64,000 nt of DNA from positions 48,050,001 to 48,114,000 of the forward strand of contig CM022665.1 of assembly GCA_012295275.1 (NCBI GenBank), in the 5' to 3' direction. This document shows positions 14,201-26,500 of the stretch, piece by piece. This DNA is from Chrysomallon squamiferum. Taxonomy: Eukaryota; Animalia; Mollusca. The position numbers and the translations under genes were made by a program. The first letter of the stretch is position 1, and each line of letters opens with the position of its first letter. The notes below the pieces were generated by a model. That model had not been told where the DNA came from. It saw only the letters and a list, made by a program, of their open reading frames with translations, and ran no database searches.

Positions 14201-17200
14201 TTATGTGACATTGTTTCCACTGCAGGTTGAAGTACGACATACTCGTTGTAGATGTTTTATGTGACATTGTTTCTACTGTAGACTGTAGATGTTTTACGAC
14301 ATTGTTTCTACTGTTGTTGTAGATGTTTTATGTGACATTGTTTCTACTTTCTACTGTAGATACTGTTGTAGATGTTTTATGTTACATTGTTTCCACTGTA
14401 GACTTGAATGTTTTATGTGACATTGCTTCTACTGTTGTCTGTAGATGTTTTATGTGACATTGTTTCCACTGCAGGTTGAAGTACGACATACTCGTTGTAG
14501 ATGTTTTATGTTACATTGTTTCTACTGTAGACTGTAGATGTTTTATGTGACATTGTTTCTACTGTTGTCTGTAGATGTTGAAGTGACGACATACTGCAGT
14601 TGAAGATGTTTTATGTTGTAGACTGTAGATGTTTTATGTGACATTGTTTCCACTGCAGGTTGAAGTACGACATACTCGTTGTAGATGTTTTATGTGACAT
14701 TGTTTCCACTGCAGGTTGAAGTACGACATACTCGTTGTAGATGTTTTATGTTACATTGTTTCCACTGCAGGTTGAAGTACGACATACTCGTTGGAGGAGT
14801 TCTAAACATGCGAGTTGAACACTATCAGCGAGTGAACGGCTACTCAAACATGTACTGGGGGTGGGGGGCTGAAGACGACGACATGGCGTACAGGTGAGTC
14901 ACTAGGGTGTTCTGAGCAGAACTAACGTGTCAACATATCTTCTTTTTCTTTTATTCAGAGAGCGTATATGTTGAATAAAAATGTAAGATAGAACTGTTCT
15001 GTTTTATTTTTTATTTTTATTATTATTCATAGAATGTGTTTGTTGAGTAAAAAGTTCATAATATTGTTCTAAAAGTATTAACTCTAAGATCATACAATAA
15101 TTCAGGAATTTGAAAGTGTTCTGTAACTAATTATCAATAACTGACCATTTCAATTTATTCTTTTATTATATAACAAAAAATGATAACTAATCACCTAAAA
15201 TATATATTGTATTCTGTGAGTTGTTGACTAGTTTACATGTTCATGCCAGTGTTGTTTTCTCCGCACTTTACAGAATTCTTCACGTGGGTTTGAAAATTAG
15301 TCGGCCGCCATCAAATCTCGCGAGATACAAAATGATAAAACACCAGAAACGTCGCCCTGCAGCGTGGATCACTAGGTAACTCTTCTCTTCAATTATACAC
15401 TAGTTTCAGTAACTCTTCTGTTCAATTATACACTGGTTTCAGTAACTCTTCTGTTCAATTATACACTGGTTTCAGTAACTCTTCTGTTCAATTATACACT
15501 AGTTTCAATAACTCTTCTCTTCAATTATACACTAGTTTCAGTAACTCTTCTGTTCAATTATACACTGGTTTCAGTAACTCTTCTGTTCAATTATACACTA
15601 GTTTCAGTAACTCTTCTGTTCAACTATACACTAGTTTCAGTAACTCTTCTGTTCAATTATACACTGGTTTCATACACTGTTCAATTATACACTAGTTTCA
15701 ATAACTCTTCTGTTCAATTATACACTAGTTTCAGTAACTCTTCTGTTCAATTATACACTAGTTTCAGTAACTCTTCTGTTCAATTATACACTGGTTTCAG
15801 TAACTCTTCTGTTCAATTATACACTGGTTTCAGTAACTCTTCTGTTCAATTATACACTGGTTTCAGTAACTCTTCTGTTCAATTATACACTAGTTTCAAT
15901 AACTCTTCTGTTCAATTATACACTAGTTTCAGTAACTCTTCTGTTCAATTATACACTAGTTTCAATAACTCTTCTGTTCAATTATACACTAGTTTCAGTA
16001 ACTATTTTTAATTATACTCTAGTTTCAATAACTCTTCTTTTTAAGTATACTCTAGTTTCGTTTCTTTTTAGTATACTTTTTTTTTAAATTATACTCTTTC
16101 AGTAACTCTTCTTTTAAATTATACTCGTTTCAGTAACTCTTCTTTTAAATTATACTCTAGTTTCAGTAACTCTTCTTTTTAATTATACTCTAGTTTCAGT
16201 AACTCTTCTTTTTAATTATACTCTAGTTTCAGTAACTATTCTTTTTAATTATACTGTATTTAATAACTCATTTTGTTAATTATTCTGTAGTTTAAATAAT
16301 TAATTTGTTAAATATTCAGCAGTTTCAATAATTAATTTTGTCAAATATTCTGCAGTTTCAATAATTAATTTTGTTAAATAGTCTGTAGTTCAAATAACTC
16401 ATTTTGCTAAATATTCTGCTGTTTCAACATTTTGATAAATATATTCTGAATTTCAGTAATTAATTTTACAAATATGTGATTATATTCTCGGGCGAGTCGG
16501 TTTAGGTTCAGTTTACAGTTATAAATAATAAGGCTAAGTAAATAACAATCCACATTAAAAAAAACACACGTTTATATCACATGTCAAACTGAAGATATAA
16601 AGTGTCATTTTTTACTGAAGCGATATGAGCAGTAATGTAGTTGTATATATGATATGTTATTTAAAGTGTTTAATGTACATATTATATAAATCACTTGAAT
16701 TATACAGTATTTAATATATATGGTATATATCCTGTATTTAATGTATATGGTATATATACTTTATTTAATGTATATGGTATATATTCTATATTTAATTTAT
16801 TCGGTATATACACTTTATTTAATGTATATGGTATATATTCTGTATTTAATGTATGGTACATACATTGTATCTAATGTATATTGTATATGTACTTTATTTA
16901 ATGTATATGGTATATGTACTGTATGTAATGTATATGGTATATATACTGTATTTAAAGTATATGGTATATATTCTGTATTTAACGTGTATGGTATATATAA
17001 TTTATTTAATGTATATGGTATATATACTGTATTTAATGTATACGGTATAATATACTTTGTTTAATGTATATGGTATATGTACTTTATTTAATGTATATGG
17101 TATATATTCTGTATTTAATGTGTATGGTATATATACTTTGTTTAATGTATATGCTATATGTTGTATGATGTATTTACAGGTCTAAACTTCTGCACACTGC

Positions 17201-17309
17201 GGTGAAACGTTACAAACTGGACGGACTGAACAGTGTCAAATACAAACTGATTTTCATTCACGAGGAAATTCTCTTTACACACATCATGGTGGACGTGGGC
17301 AAACCTTGA
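4697..17309 (+). CDS. Beta-1,4-galactosyltransferase-family (GT7) enzyme, bre-4-like beta-1,4-N-acetylgalactosaminyltransferase; 5'-partial; join(4697..4941,11262..11449,14771..14893,15274..15375,17180..17309)
   Basis: The spliced translation has the family motifs in order: [39 protein letters not shown] (DxD), [35 protein letters not shown]. All introns are GT-AG with matching phases (0,2,2,2). Stop TGA at 17307-17309. The N-terminal TM/stem exons were not found in the window. Confidence 0.93.
5090..5570. repeat. 55-bp tandem repeat, about 8-9 copies
   Basis: aaataactgtaaacatccactttgtaaaaaagaaaaagtgttactattttttca(c/g). Confidence 0.95.
5625..5897. repeat. 43-bp tandem repeat, about 6 copies
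   Basis: ctcacgtttgtaaagtgtgtctaaagttagttttaaaactgaa. Confidence 0.95.
6712..6893. repeat. Compound (GT)n/(GTCT) microsatellite
   Basis: Direct inspection. Confidence 0.95.
11262..11449 (+). CDS. GT7 transferase exon (YGNWTFNKG...FHDVD...HDY)
   Basis: Poly-T tract plus aag acceptor, AG|gtaagt donor, DVD motif. Confidence 0.92.
12790..14793 (+). repeat. Composite ~130-bp tandem array containing the 14771 acceptor and the first 23 nt of the exon
   Basis: About 14 upstream copies of ttgtttccactgcag|gttgaagtacgacatactcgttg. Confidence 0.95.
14771..14893 (+). CDS. GT7 transferase exon ([10 protein letters not shown]...[12 protein letters not shown])
   Basis: ctgcag acceptor, AG|gtgagt donor, WGWGxEDDD motif. 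Confidence 0.93.
15274..15375 (+). CDS. GT7 transferase exon ([11 protein letters not shown]...YKMIKH...WIT)
   Basis: ttacag acceptor, AG|gtaact donor, 102 nt phase 2-2, MxxH metal-ligand motif. Confidence 0.88.
15371..16460 (+). repeat. 33-bp tandem array starting at the 15375 donor and decaying distally
   Basis: gtaactcttctgttcaattatacactagtttca. Confidence 0.93.
16705..17165. repeat. 27-bp degenerate tandem repeat abutting the 17180 acceptor
   Basis: tttaatgtatatggtatatatactgta. Confidence 0.88.
17180..17309 (+). CDS. GT7 transferase last coding exon (SKLLH...DGLNSVKY...VDVGKP*)
   Basis: ttacag acceptor, DGLNS motif, TGA stop. Confidence 0.9.
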
Positions 17310-17991
17310 TGTTCGCTTTCTCTAGGAGCTCTGCTGATTCGTGTGAGGAACGTCAACGTACTGAACATTTGTGTCAGCTGTGGATGTGTGTACAGTTAGT
17401 TTCCTATCCACGGATAACACAAATTATGACGTAACGTGCAAAATTTAACGAAAGAGATCTGAAGTGATAACATGTCCAGTGAAATCTGTTTTACTGACAG
17501 GACGAAATGGTGATATAATTCTGATAATAATAATAATACGATGTACATAATAATAACACTTTCTCACAGGATGATATTTATTTATTGTTGGTATGATATT
17601 TATTATTATTATTATTATTATAAAAGTTGGAATTACGTCGACTGTCACAAATCAGATGATAACAACTAAAGCAGACGATTTGTTATCATTCTGAGTAATT
17701 TATAAAACTATTGTTTATTAATCAGTGTTTTTTTAGAAAACTATTGTTTATTAATCAGAGTTCTTTTTTTGAAAACTTGTTTATTAATCTGAGTTTTTTT
17801 AGAAAACTGTTGTTTATTAATCTGAGTTGTTTTTTTAGAAAACTGTTGTTTATTAATCTGAGTTTTTTTAGAAAACTAATGTTTATTAATCTGAGTTATT
17901 GATCAAAGTGAGTTATTTACTAAAATAATTTGAGTTATTTAATAATCTGACGTAGTTATTAATCAGATATCTGTGTGCTCTCTACAGTTTA

Positions 17992-18027
<36 letters not shown>

Positions 18028-18304
18028 GTTCTTCTTTTGTATAAGAAACGAAATAATCTTTTCCATTATCTGTGTATCATAATCAGTTAATGTTCTAAAG
18101 TTATTTATATGTTTATTTTAGATAATAACAATAACTAATAATGATGATGATGGTGATGATAATAACAATAATAATAACGAAAACAACAATGGTGATAGTG
18201 TTTGTTGCTGCTGTACATACTAAGGATGTGTAAATATTTCGTGAAATTTATTTGTGCCAAAGGAATGACTGTGCGAGTTCGACAAAACAACGTGATAGAA
18301 TACT

Positions 18305-18820
18305 ATGTTAATCAACTCAGTCTACACTGTAACAATCAACACACAAACGCTGATATAGTATTAATCAACTCAGTCTACTGTATAACAATCAACACACAAA
18401 AACTGATGTAATAATCAACTCAGTCTACACTGCAACAACAAATACTAAACTGTTGTGATGTAATATATTTATCAACTCAGTCTACACTAACAATCAACAC
18501 ACAAAAACTGATGTAATAATCAACTCAGTATACTGTATAAGAGTAACACACAAACTGATGTTAATCAACTCAGTCTACACTGCAACAACAAACACAAAAC
18601 TGTTGTGATGTAATATATTTATCAACTCAGTCTACACTAACAATCAACACACAAAAACTGATGTTATATTAATCAACTCGGTCTACACTGCAACAACAAA
18701 CATAAAACTGATGTAATGTAATATTAATCAAATCAGTCTACACTGTATCATAAACACACAAAAACTGATATAATGTAGTATTAATGAAATCAGTCTATAT
18801 TGTAACAATAAAAACACAAA
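18305..18820. repeat. Degenerate ~50-60-bp repeat in the presumptive 3'UTR
   Basis: atcaactcagtctacact recurs. Confidence 0.85.
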
Positions 18821-18870
18821 TTGTTACCACAGAATAAAACTGATCAATAAACATAACTGATACATGAAAC

Positions 18871-18955
<85 letters not shown>

Positions 18956-19656
18956 CAGTTGCCAAAGGATAATGTACTATAGTATATTATATATGAAACT
19001 CTGCCAAACTGTTTGTTTTGTACGATCACCCTGTAAACTAAGAACATTTTATAGGCATGAACTATTTATTCATGAACAATGAATATCAATTTATCCTTTA
19101 TGATGTAATGCCAAAAACCCACAGAATATTTGCATTGTCAGTTGTGAAGTAAGGAACGTAGTATTATGACATTCACCAAGAATCAACATAAAGTATTATG
19201 AAGGAAATATCATATATCAATATGTAACTGTTTTTATGTGTATAACGTATTTTTGTGTTACGAGATAAAGAACCAAGTTAGTTAATGAAACTTTCCCTTT
19301 AACTCTACCTATTATTATTATTATTTATGAGGAAGAAAGTTATTTAAAAAATGACGTTGACAATTGAAATATCGCATAATAGAGATTAGTTGTTGTATAA
19401 TATTGTTCTATACGCAAGGGGCGGTTTTATTTTTCAGTTTATATGACGTTAAATGTTTCTTATGACGGCCAAGTACTATTACGTAAGTGACAATAGATGA
19501 GTTGTTTTACGTCATTTAATAGCTATCAATTAACTGTAACGTTCTTATTTTTCTTCTTTATCTTGTTCTAATACATGAAATAAATTAAATTAAGATTTTT
19601 GTTTAATAATGGTGTAAATGTACTTAAGATAAAGCTAAGCATTTTTTAGGGTAAAT

Positions 19657-19687
<31 letters not shown>

Positions 19688-19971
19688 TTTTAAATTTGTA
19701 GGTGGGTGTCCATTTTTGTTATTTATATTTTTTCCCCTGTTTTTTTTTTTTTTTTTTTAATAATTGATTAGATTTGACAGTTAAATTGCATAATATCAAC
19801 CATTTTAGTTTTCATTCTGTTATAAGTTGAATTTCATAATTTCCCTGTGATTAATTAATTCATATGTAAAAACTATCATACGAATTTCTGGATTAATTTT
19901 TAAATGAAACTTTAAATTTAAAATTAAAATACTTCATAATACATCTAATTTGTCGTATTCTTCTTTTTCTG

Positions 19972-20002
<31 letters not shown>

Positions 20003-20093
20003 TTATTTGTGTAGTGAGTACAAAAACAGAACGTTAGTTGTTTTTTGTGTTTTCTTTTTTGTTTTTGTTTTTTTTGCATTTTTCTCTTAAAGT

Positions 20094-20181
<88 letters not shown>

Positions 20182-20301
20182 ATATTATCATTATTATTGT
20201 TATTATTATACTATGATTATTATTATTATATTATTACTACTACTATTATTACTATTTGTTGTAGTAGTAGTAATAGTGTTAATTTATTATTATTATTATT
20301 A

Positions 20302-20332
<31 letters not shown>

Positions 20333-23300
20333 CATTATTATTTTCATTATTATTATTATTATTATGATTATTATTATTATTATTATGACAGTGTAAGGTT
20401 GTTGTGTAAAAAGAACGGGTTGTTATAGAACTATGCAATCAGTTCACGGTGTTTTCTCTTTCACACTGTTTTAAACATTCTCTTCTAAAATAAACGTAAT
20501 ATTCATCATACTTTGTTAGTTGTATTTTTGAACTATGTTACGTTCATTTCAGTAAACAATCGTAAATATCTTCTCTGTTTTCTGCAGACGTCAATTATGT
20601 TGTTATTCAAAATGTTTTCCTTGTAAATAATTTCAAATAAAGCGTGCCTTTACACGAACAGAGTTCATAGCAATTAAAATAAATATAAAAATCAATAAAT
20701 TAAAATATAAATGTACATAACGTTTTAATAATTTTTCTTATTACTAGCACCTTTTGCCATTATAAATTTATGAAACATTTTAGCGATATCAAAGACAAAG
20801 ATTTTGTACAGGTTACGTTTGTTTGTTTGAAAAACAAGTGGAAGGTTGGCTGAAATAAAGATGTTATTAACATTATTTATTTATTTATTTAAAAAAAATA
20901 TATATAGTGCTCACAGGATATTTATTTATTGGTTGTATGATGTTTATTATTATAAAAGTTAACATTTACACGTGTAAATATCTCATTAGGATGATTCTGG
21001 AATGATGAGGAAAATGTTGTAATTTTGAACGAAACTGATATAACAGAAACTATTCTACGTTTTTTAAAGGATATTTGTTTGTTTGAGTTGATTAGATTGG
21101 TAAATGTGTAGACGTATCCATTCCTTTCAGTCAGTTGTAGAAACCCCAGGAGAGGACAACAAAACTGTTTCTGCTAATAATTGCTTTCTGGAAATTCGGG
21201 AAGACAAGTTATTTTAGTTCTTTTTATTATCCCAAAGTATGTGAATAGTTTGTACCGAAACTTCAACGATTCATCATCCTAGCATTAGTAACTGTCAGTG
21301 GCAGGTTTTGCTGAAGGAGTAATTTTTATAATAAACACTAATTTGTTATAATTTTAGGCAACCAGTGTTTTATCTACTTATTTATTTGTTCTAGATTCAG
21401 TTTTTACATCATTAATTAAAAAATAATAATAATAAAACATGAAAAATGAAAAAAAAAAAAAAAAAAGAAAAGAATTAGATAAAAAAATAATATAATTTTT
21501 AAACTGTTAAAACAAAGCCTCAGGCTGCTTTCACAAAACCCACTGCGTGACCTCATCTTTCTGTCATGTGTGTCACACGAGTCCTGTGTGTAAAACACGA
21601 CAATAAATCATATTAACCCCTACGTTTACAACTGTCATGACAACACCTCGAAATAAATCTCCAGAATAAAATAATAAATTTGTGTTTGCATAACAAAGGG
21701 TATATAAAAAATATTAACTTTCTGTATAAACATAAACGTGAACTTAGTTATTTTATTAAAAAAAAAAAAAATAATTAATTAATTAATTAAATAATAAAAT
21801 AAAATAAAAACAGCAAAGCAATGTATTTAACTGTCTTGGTTTTTTTTCTCAGATTTTCACAATTTCATGGGTAGGTTTGAAGAAAGTGTTTGTTTGTGAC
21901 GACTATACAGTGCATAATTTTTTTTAATTTTTTTTTATTGTTTTTACTCACATTTTTGTTATGTAATAAGAAATATATAAGAACAAACTGCAATGTGCTA
22001 AAACAAAGACATAACAAAACAGAATTTGTTATCTCAAATTCTTAATTTTCCTTCAAACATAACAAATAAAAACATTTTCAAATAAGTAGACAGTAAAATA
22101 ATTTGAGGTAATGATAAAGCTGCTCAGTACAAGTTAGAATTCAGTGTTTTTGTTATTATAAACCTCGTATTCCTCAAAACTCAGTTGTGTTTTTATTAAA
22201 AAAAAGATTTAGTATTTTCAGGATTGTCTCCCATTTATAACACATCTACATGTTCGCACTTCGTTGTACTAAGCAGTTTAAGACAATCTCACAAAACTAA
22301 ATAATATCATTTTCTTCCAGAATTATTTAATTATTATAAAGTAAGAAGAACGGAAATGATGGTAACTTACTTCAGTTGTATAATAAATGGGAGGTTACCG
22401 TTTTCGTGTTCATTTTTATTTAGTTGACATAATTATAAATAAAACAGTTATGTAAAGAAATACTGAAATCTGTTTTCATCACGGGTATAATAATTACACA
22501 AAACAAATTCTTCTCCAGACTCATGAACAGCATACAACACACATACATTTAAACTCAGTCTCACACAACAAAATATTTAAATTTACATTGTAACATACAC
22601 TTTACATAACATCTATTTAAACTTTACAAAGTAACATACAGCTTATGTCTTAGACTTTTAAACTTTCTTAAGTAACACACAGTTTAAGTGACAAATATTT
22701 AAACTTTACAAAGTATGACAGTTTATGTGACATATGTAAAGTGTAACAAAGTAACACACAGTTTATGTGACAAATATGTAAACTGTAACAAAGTAACACA
22801 CACAAAGTAGTTTAGAAGTATCACAGTTTATGGACGGTTCTAGAGGTTGACCGCTGTTTATGTGACATATATTTAAACCTTACGAAGTAACACTCAGTTT
22901 ATGTGACAAATATTTAAACTGTAACAAAGTAACACACAGTTTATGTGACAAATATTTAACCCTTACAAAGTAACACTCAGTTTATGTGACAAATATTTAA
23001 CCCTTACAAAGTAACACACACAAAGTAGTTTAGAAGTATCACAGTTTATGTGACAAATATTTAAACTTTACAAAGTAACACACACAAAGTGGTTTAGACG
23101 TATGACAGTCTATGGAAGGTTCTAGGGGTTGACCGCTGTTTATGTGACAAATATTTAACCCTTACGAAGTATCACACACAAAGTAGTTTACGAAGTATCA
23201 CACACAAAGTGGTTTACGAAGGGTTGACGGCTGTTTTCACACAAAGGCAGCGTGATCGGCCAGTATCAGTCTGTGGACGGTTCTAGGGGTTGACGGCTGT

Positions 23301-23375
23301 TTATGTGACAAATATTTAAACCTTACACAGTATCACACACAAAGTAGTTTACGAAGTATCAGTTTGTGGACGGTT

Positions 23376-23546
23376 CTAGGGGTTGACGGCTGTTTTCAAC
23401 ATGGGCAGCGTGATCGGCCAGCTGTCCGGTTTACACTTGCGCGCTTCCTGCTCGTCACTGGTCAGCGGCTCAGCTTCGTGAATCGGCATCCGAGAACCCG
23501 TCACGTTCAGCAGCTTCAGCTCCAGCGGCCCCAGCTGCAGATAGTC
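23376..23546 (-). CDS. CCDC83: CCDC83-like last coding exon (DYLQLGPLELKLL...AVNP*)
   Basis: gtgtag acceptor, TAG stop at 23378-23376. Confidence 0.85.
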   Translation of the reverse strand, partial: DYLQLGPLELKLLNVTGSRMPIHEAEPLTSDEQEARKCKPDSWPITLPMLKTAVNP

Positions 23547-26500
23547 CTACACACAAACACACATATAGTCAGTCCTACACACAAACACACATGTAGTCAG
23601 TCCTAACACACAAACCTCCACACAAACACATGTAGTCCTACACACAAAACACAGATAGTCCTACACACAAACACACACATGTAATCGTCCTACACAAAAC
23701 ACAAAACACACATGTAGTCCTACACACAAACAAAGATAGTTCTACATAGTCAGTCCTACACACAAAAACACATGTAGTCCTACACACAAACACACATGTA
23801 GTCCTACACACAAACACACATGTAGTCCTACACACAAAAACACAGATAGTCCTACACACAAAAACACATGTAGTCCTACACACAAAAACACATGTAGTCC
23901 TACAGACATATAGTCCTACACACAAACACACATGCAGTCCTACACACAAAACACAAAAGATAGTTCCTACACAACAAACACACATGTAGTCCTACACACA
24001 AAAATAGTCCTACAAATAGTCCTACATACAAACACACATATAGTCCTACACACAAACACACATAGTCCTAGTCACTATGTAGTCCCACAACATATAGTCA
24101 CACACACACAGTAGTCCTACACACAAAAAAACACATGTAGTCCTACAGACATATAGTCCTACAGACATATAGTCCTACACACAACGAATATAGTCCTACA
24201 CACAAAACACATGTAGTCCTACAGACATATAGTCCTACACACAAAACACACACATAAACACACAAAACAGTCCTACACACAAAAACACATATATAGTCCT
24301 ACACCTACACATGTAGTCCTAAAACATGTAGTCCTACACACAAAAAAACATATAGTCCTACACACAAAACACATATAGTCCTACACACAAAAACACATGT
24401 AGTCCTACACACAAAAACACATGTAGTCCTACACACAAAAACACATGTAATGCATGTAGTCCCACACACAAAAAACACATGTAGTCCTACACACAAAAAC
24501 ACATATAGTCCTACATACAAAAATACATATAGTCCTACACACAAAAATATATATAGTCCTACTCACAAAAATATATATTGTCCTACATACAAAATTTATA
24601 TAGTCCTACACATAAAAATATATAGTCCTACACACAAAAATATATTTAGTCCTACACACAAAAATATAGATAGTCCTATGTACAAAAATATATTTAGTGT
24701 AGTCCTATATATGTACTTATTAAAACTATAGTCCTATATACAAAAAAATGTTTACTATTGTCCTGAATCCAAAAATATATTTACTAAAATTATAGTCCAA
24801 TACACACAAAAATATTTACTAAAACTACAGTCCTATATACAAAAATGTATTTACTAAGATAATAGTCCTATATACAAAAGTATATTTACTATAGTCCTAT
24901 ATACAAAAATTATATTTAAAAAAGAATTTTCTCAAATACATTTAATAATTTGCTGTAACAATATTTCCATAGTGTTAAGTATAAATACACTTACATCTAG
25001 TCAACCAGAATAACAAATATATTTTATTACATTTATAAAAATATTTTTGACTACAGATCAAAGGGAAATAACTTTTTTTTTTTTTTTTTTTTAATTCAGA
25101 ACAGAATTAAATGAAAAGGTTAATACCTGCAGTTTGTAAGTACAATTACTAATTATCTGTGTTAAAACTGGTATTTAATTATCTGTGTTAAAACTGGTAT
25201 TTGATTAGCTGTGTTAAAACTGGTATTTGATTAGCTGTGTTAAAACTGGTATTTAATTATCTGTGTTAAAACTGGTATTTAATTATCTGTGTTAAAACTG
25301 GTATTTAATTAGCTGTGTTAAAACTGGTATTTAATTATCTGTGTTAAAACTGGTATTTAATTAGCTGTGTTAAAACTGGTATTCAATTAGCTGTGTTAAA
25401 ACTGGTATTTAATTAGCTGTGTTAAAACTGGTATTTAATTAGCTGTGTTAAAACTGGTATTCAATTAGCTGTGTATCAGTGTTTTTTCTGTACCCACCAT
25501 GTAACCAGTTTCTATCTCACTGTCAGTTTTACTTACATCAAAATCTTCCTCTTCGTAAAAGAGATTTTCAAAGAATTCACTTTCATACGACTGTGATGTA
25601 TCTGAATTAAATAACATCATTTTATAAAACAACTAAAAATTACATGTATAGTATTAATAACATCACAATAGTTACTTTAAAGAAACAAATAACTAAAATT
25701 ACATGTAAAATATTAATAACTTCACAATAATTACTTTAAAAAACATAATGAAAAATTACATGTATAATATTAATAACATCACAATAATTTCTTTAAAAAA
25801 ACATAAATCTAAAAATTTCATGACTCACATTAATCAGTAATAAAATTTAAACAGAATTTCACATTTCAGTGAAAATTTTAAATCATTTTAATTAACATTT
25901 TGATTAACATTTTAAGAATATATATAATTTTTTTTTTTTTTTCATATTAAAAACAAAATTATATTATATAAAAAAAGTCGAAAATATTCATTCACAAATG
26001 ATGTAAAAACGTAAGTAGGCAATTTAAAATGATTTTTTTTTAAAGAATGAAAGAAAGAAAAGAAAAAAGTCATATTTAAGCCCTGGGAACAAAGGTGTGT
26101 ATATATGTTAAAAAATAAATAAACAAATAAAATTTAATAAATTAAAAAATTTCAAACCTTCTTCTTCTTCTTCTTCTTCTTCTTCTTCCTCTGACTCTGA
26201 CTCTGGTTTGGGTCGAGCTGTCACCAGAGAGAAAACTTTCTCCTCTATCGCTCTCTGTGTCACACTTTTAGGTCTTTCTGCAAGTAAACAAAACTTACAC
26301 ACCACAGAATACACACCATAAAATTATAACAAATTAGTGTTTATTATAAAAATTACTCCTTCAGCAAAACCTGCCACTGACAGTTACTAATGTTAGGATA
26401 GAATATCTGTTTTCTAAAATACTATTAATTATAATACTTATAAATCTAGTTTCAAAAAGATTTTCACATTCAAAGAACAGTAATATTTGTTTAGTAATAA

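Noticed and set aside
12790-14770. Repeat-and-spacer look suggesting a CRISPR array
   Set aside because: The intervening sequences are themselves repeated, the context is a eukaryotic intron, and there are no cas genes.
17995-18025. Long poly(A) run as a possible retroelement tail
   Set aside because: No target-site duplication or element body is recognisable, and homopolymers are common throughout the window.
20038-20438. Poly-Ile/Tyr/Asn ORFs (also 28528-28936, 38081-38456, 1352-1552)
   Set aside because: (ATT)n/(AAT)n microsatellite translations.
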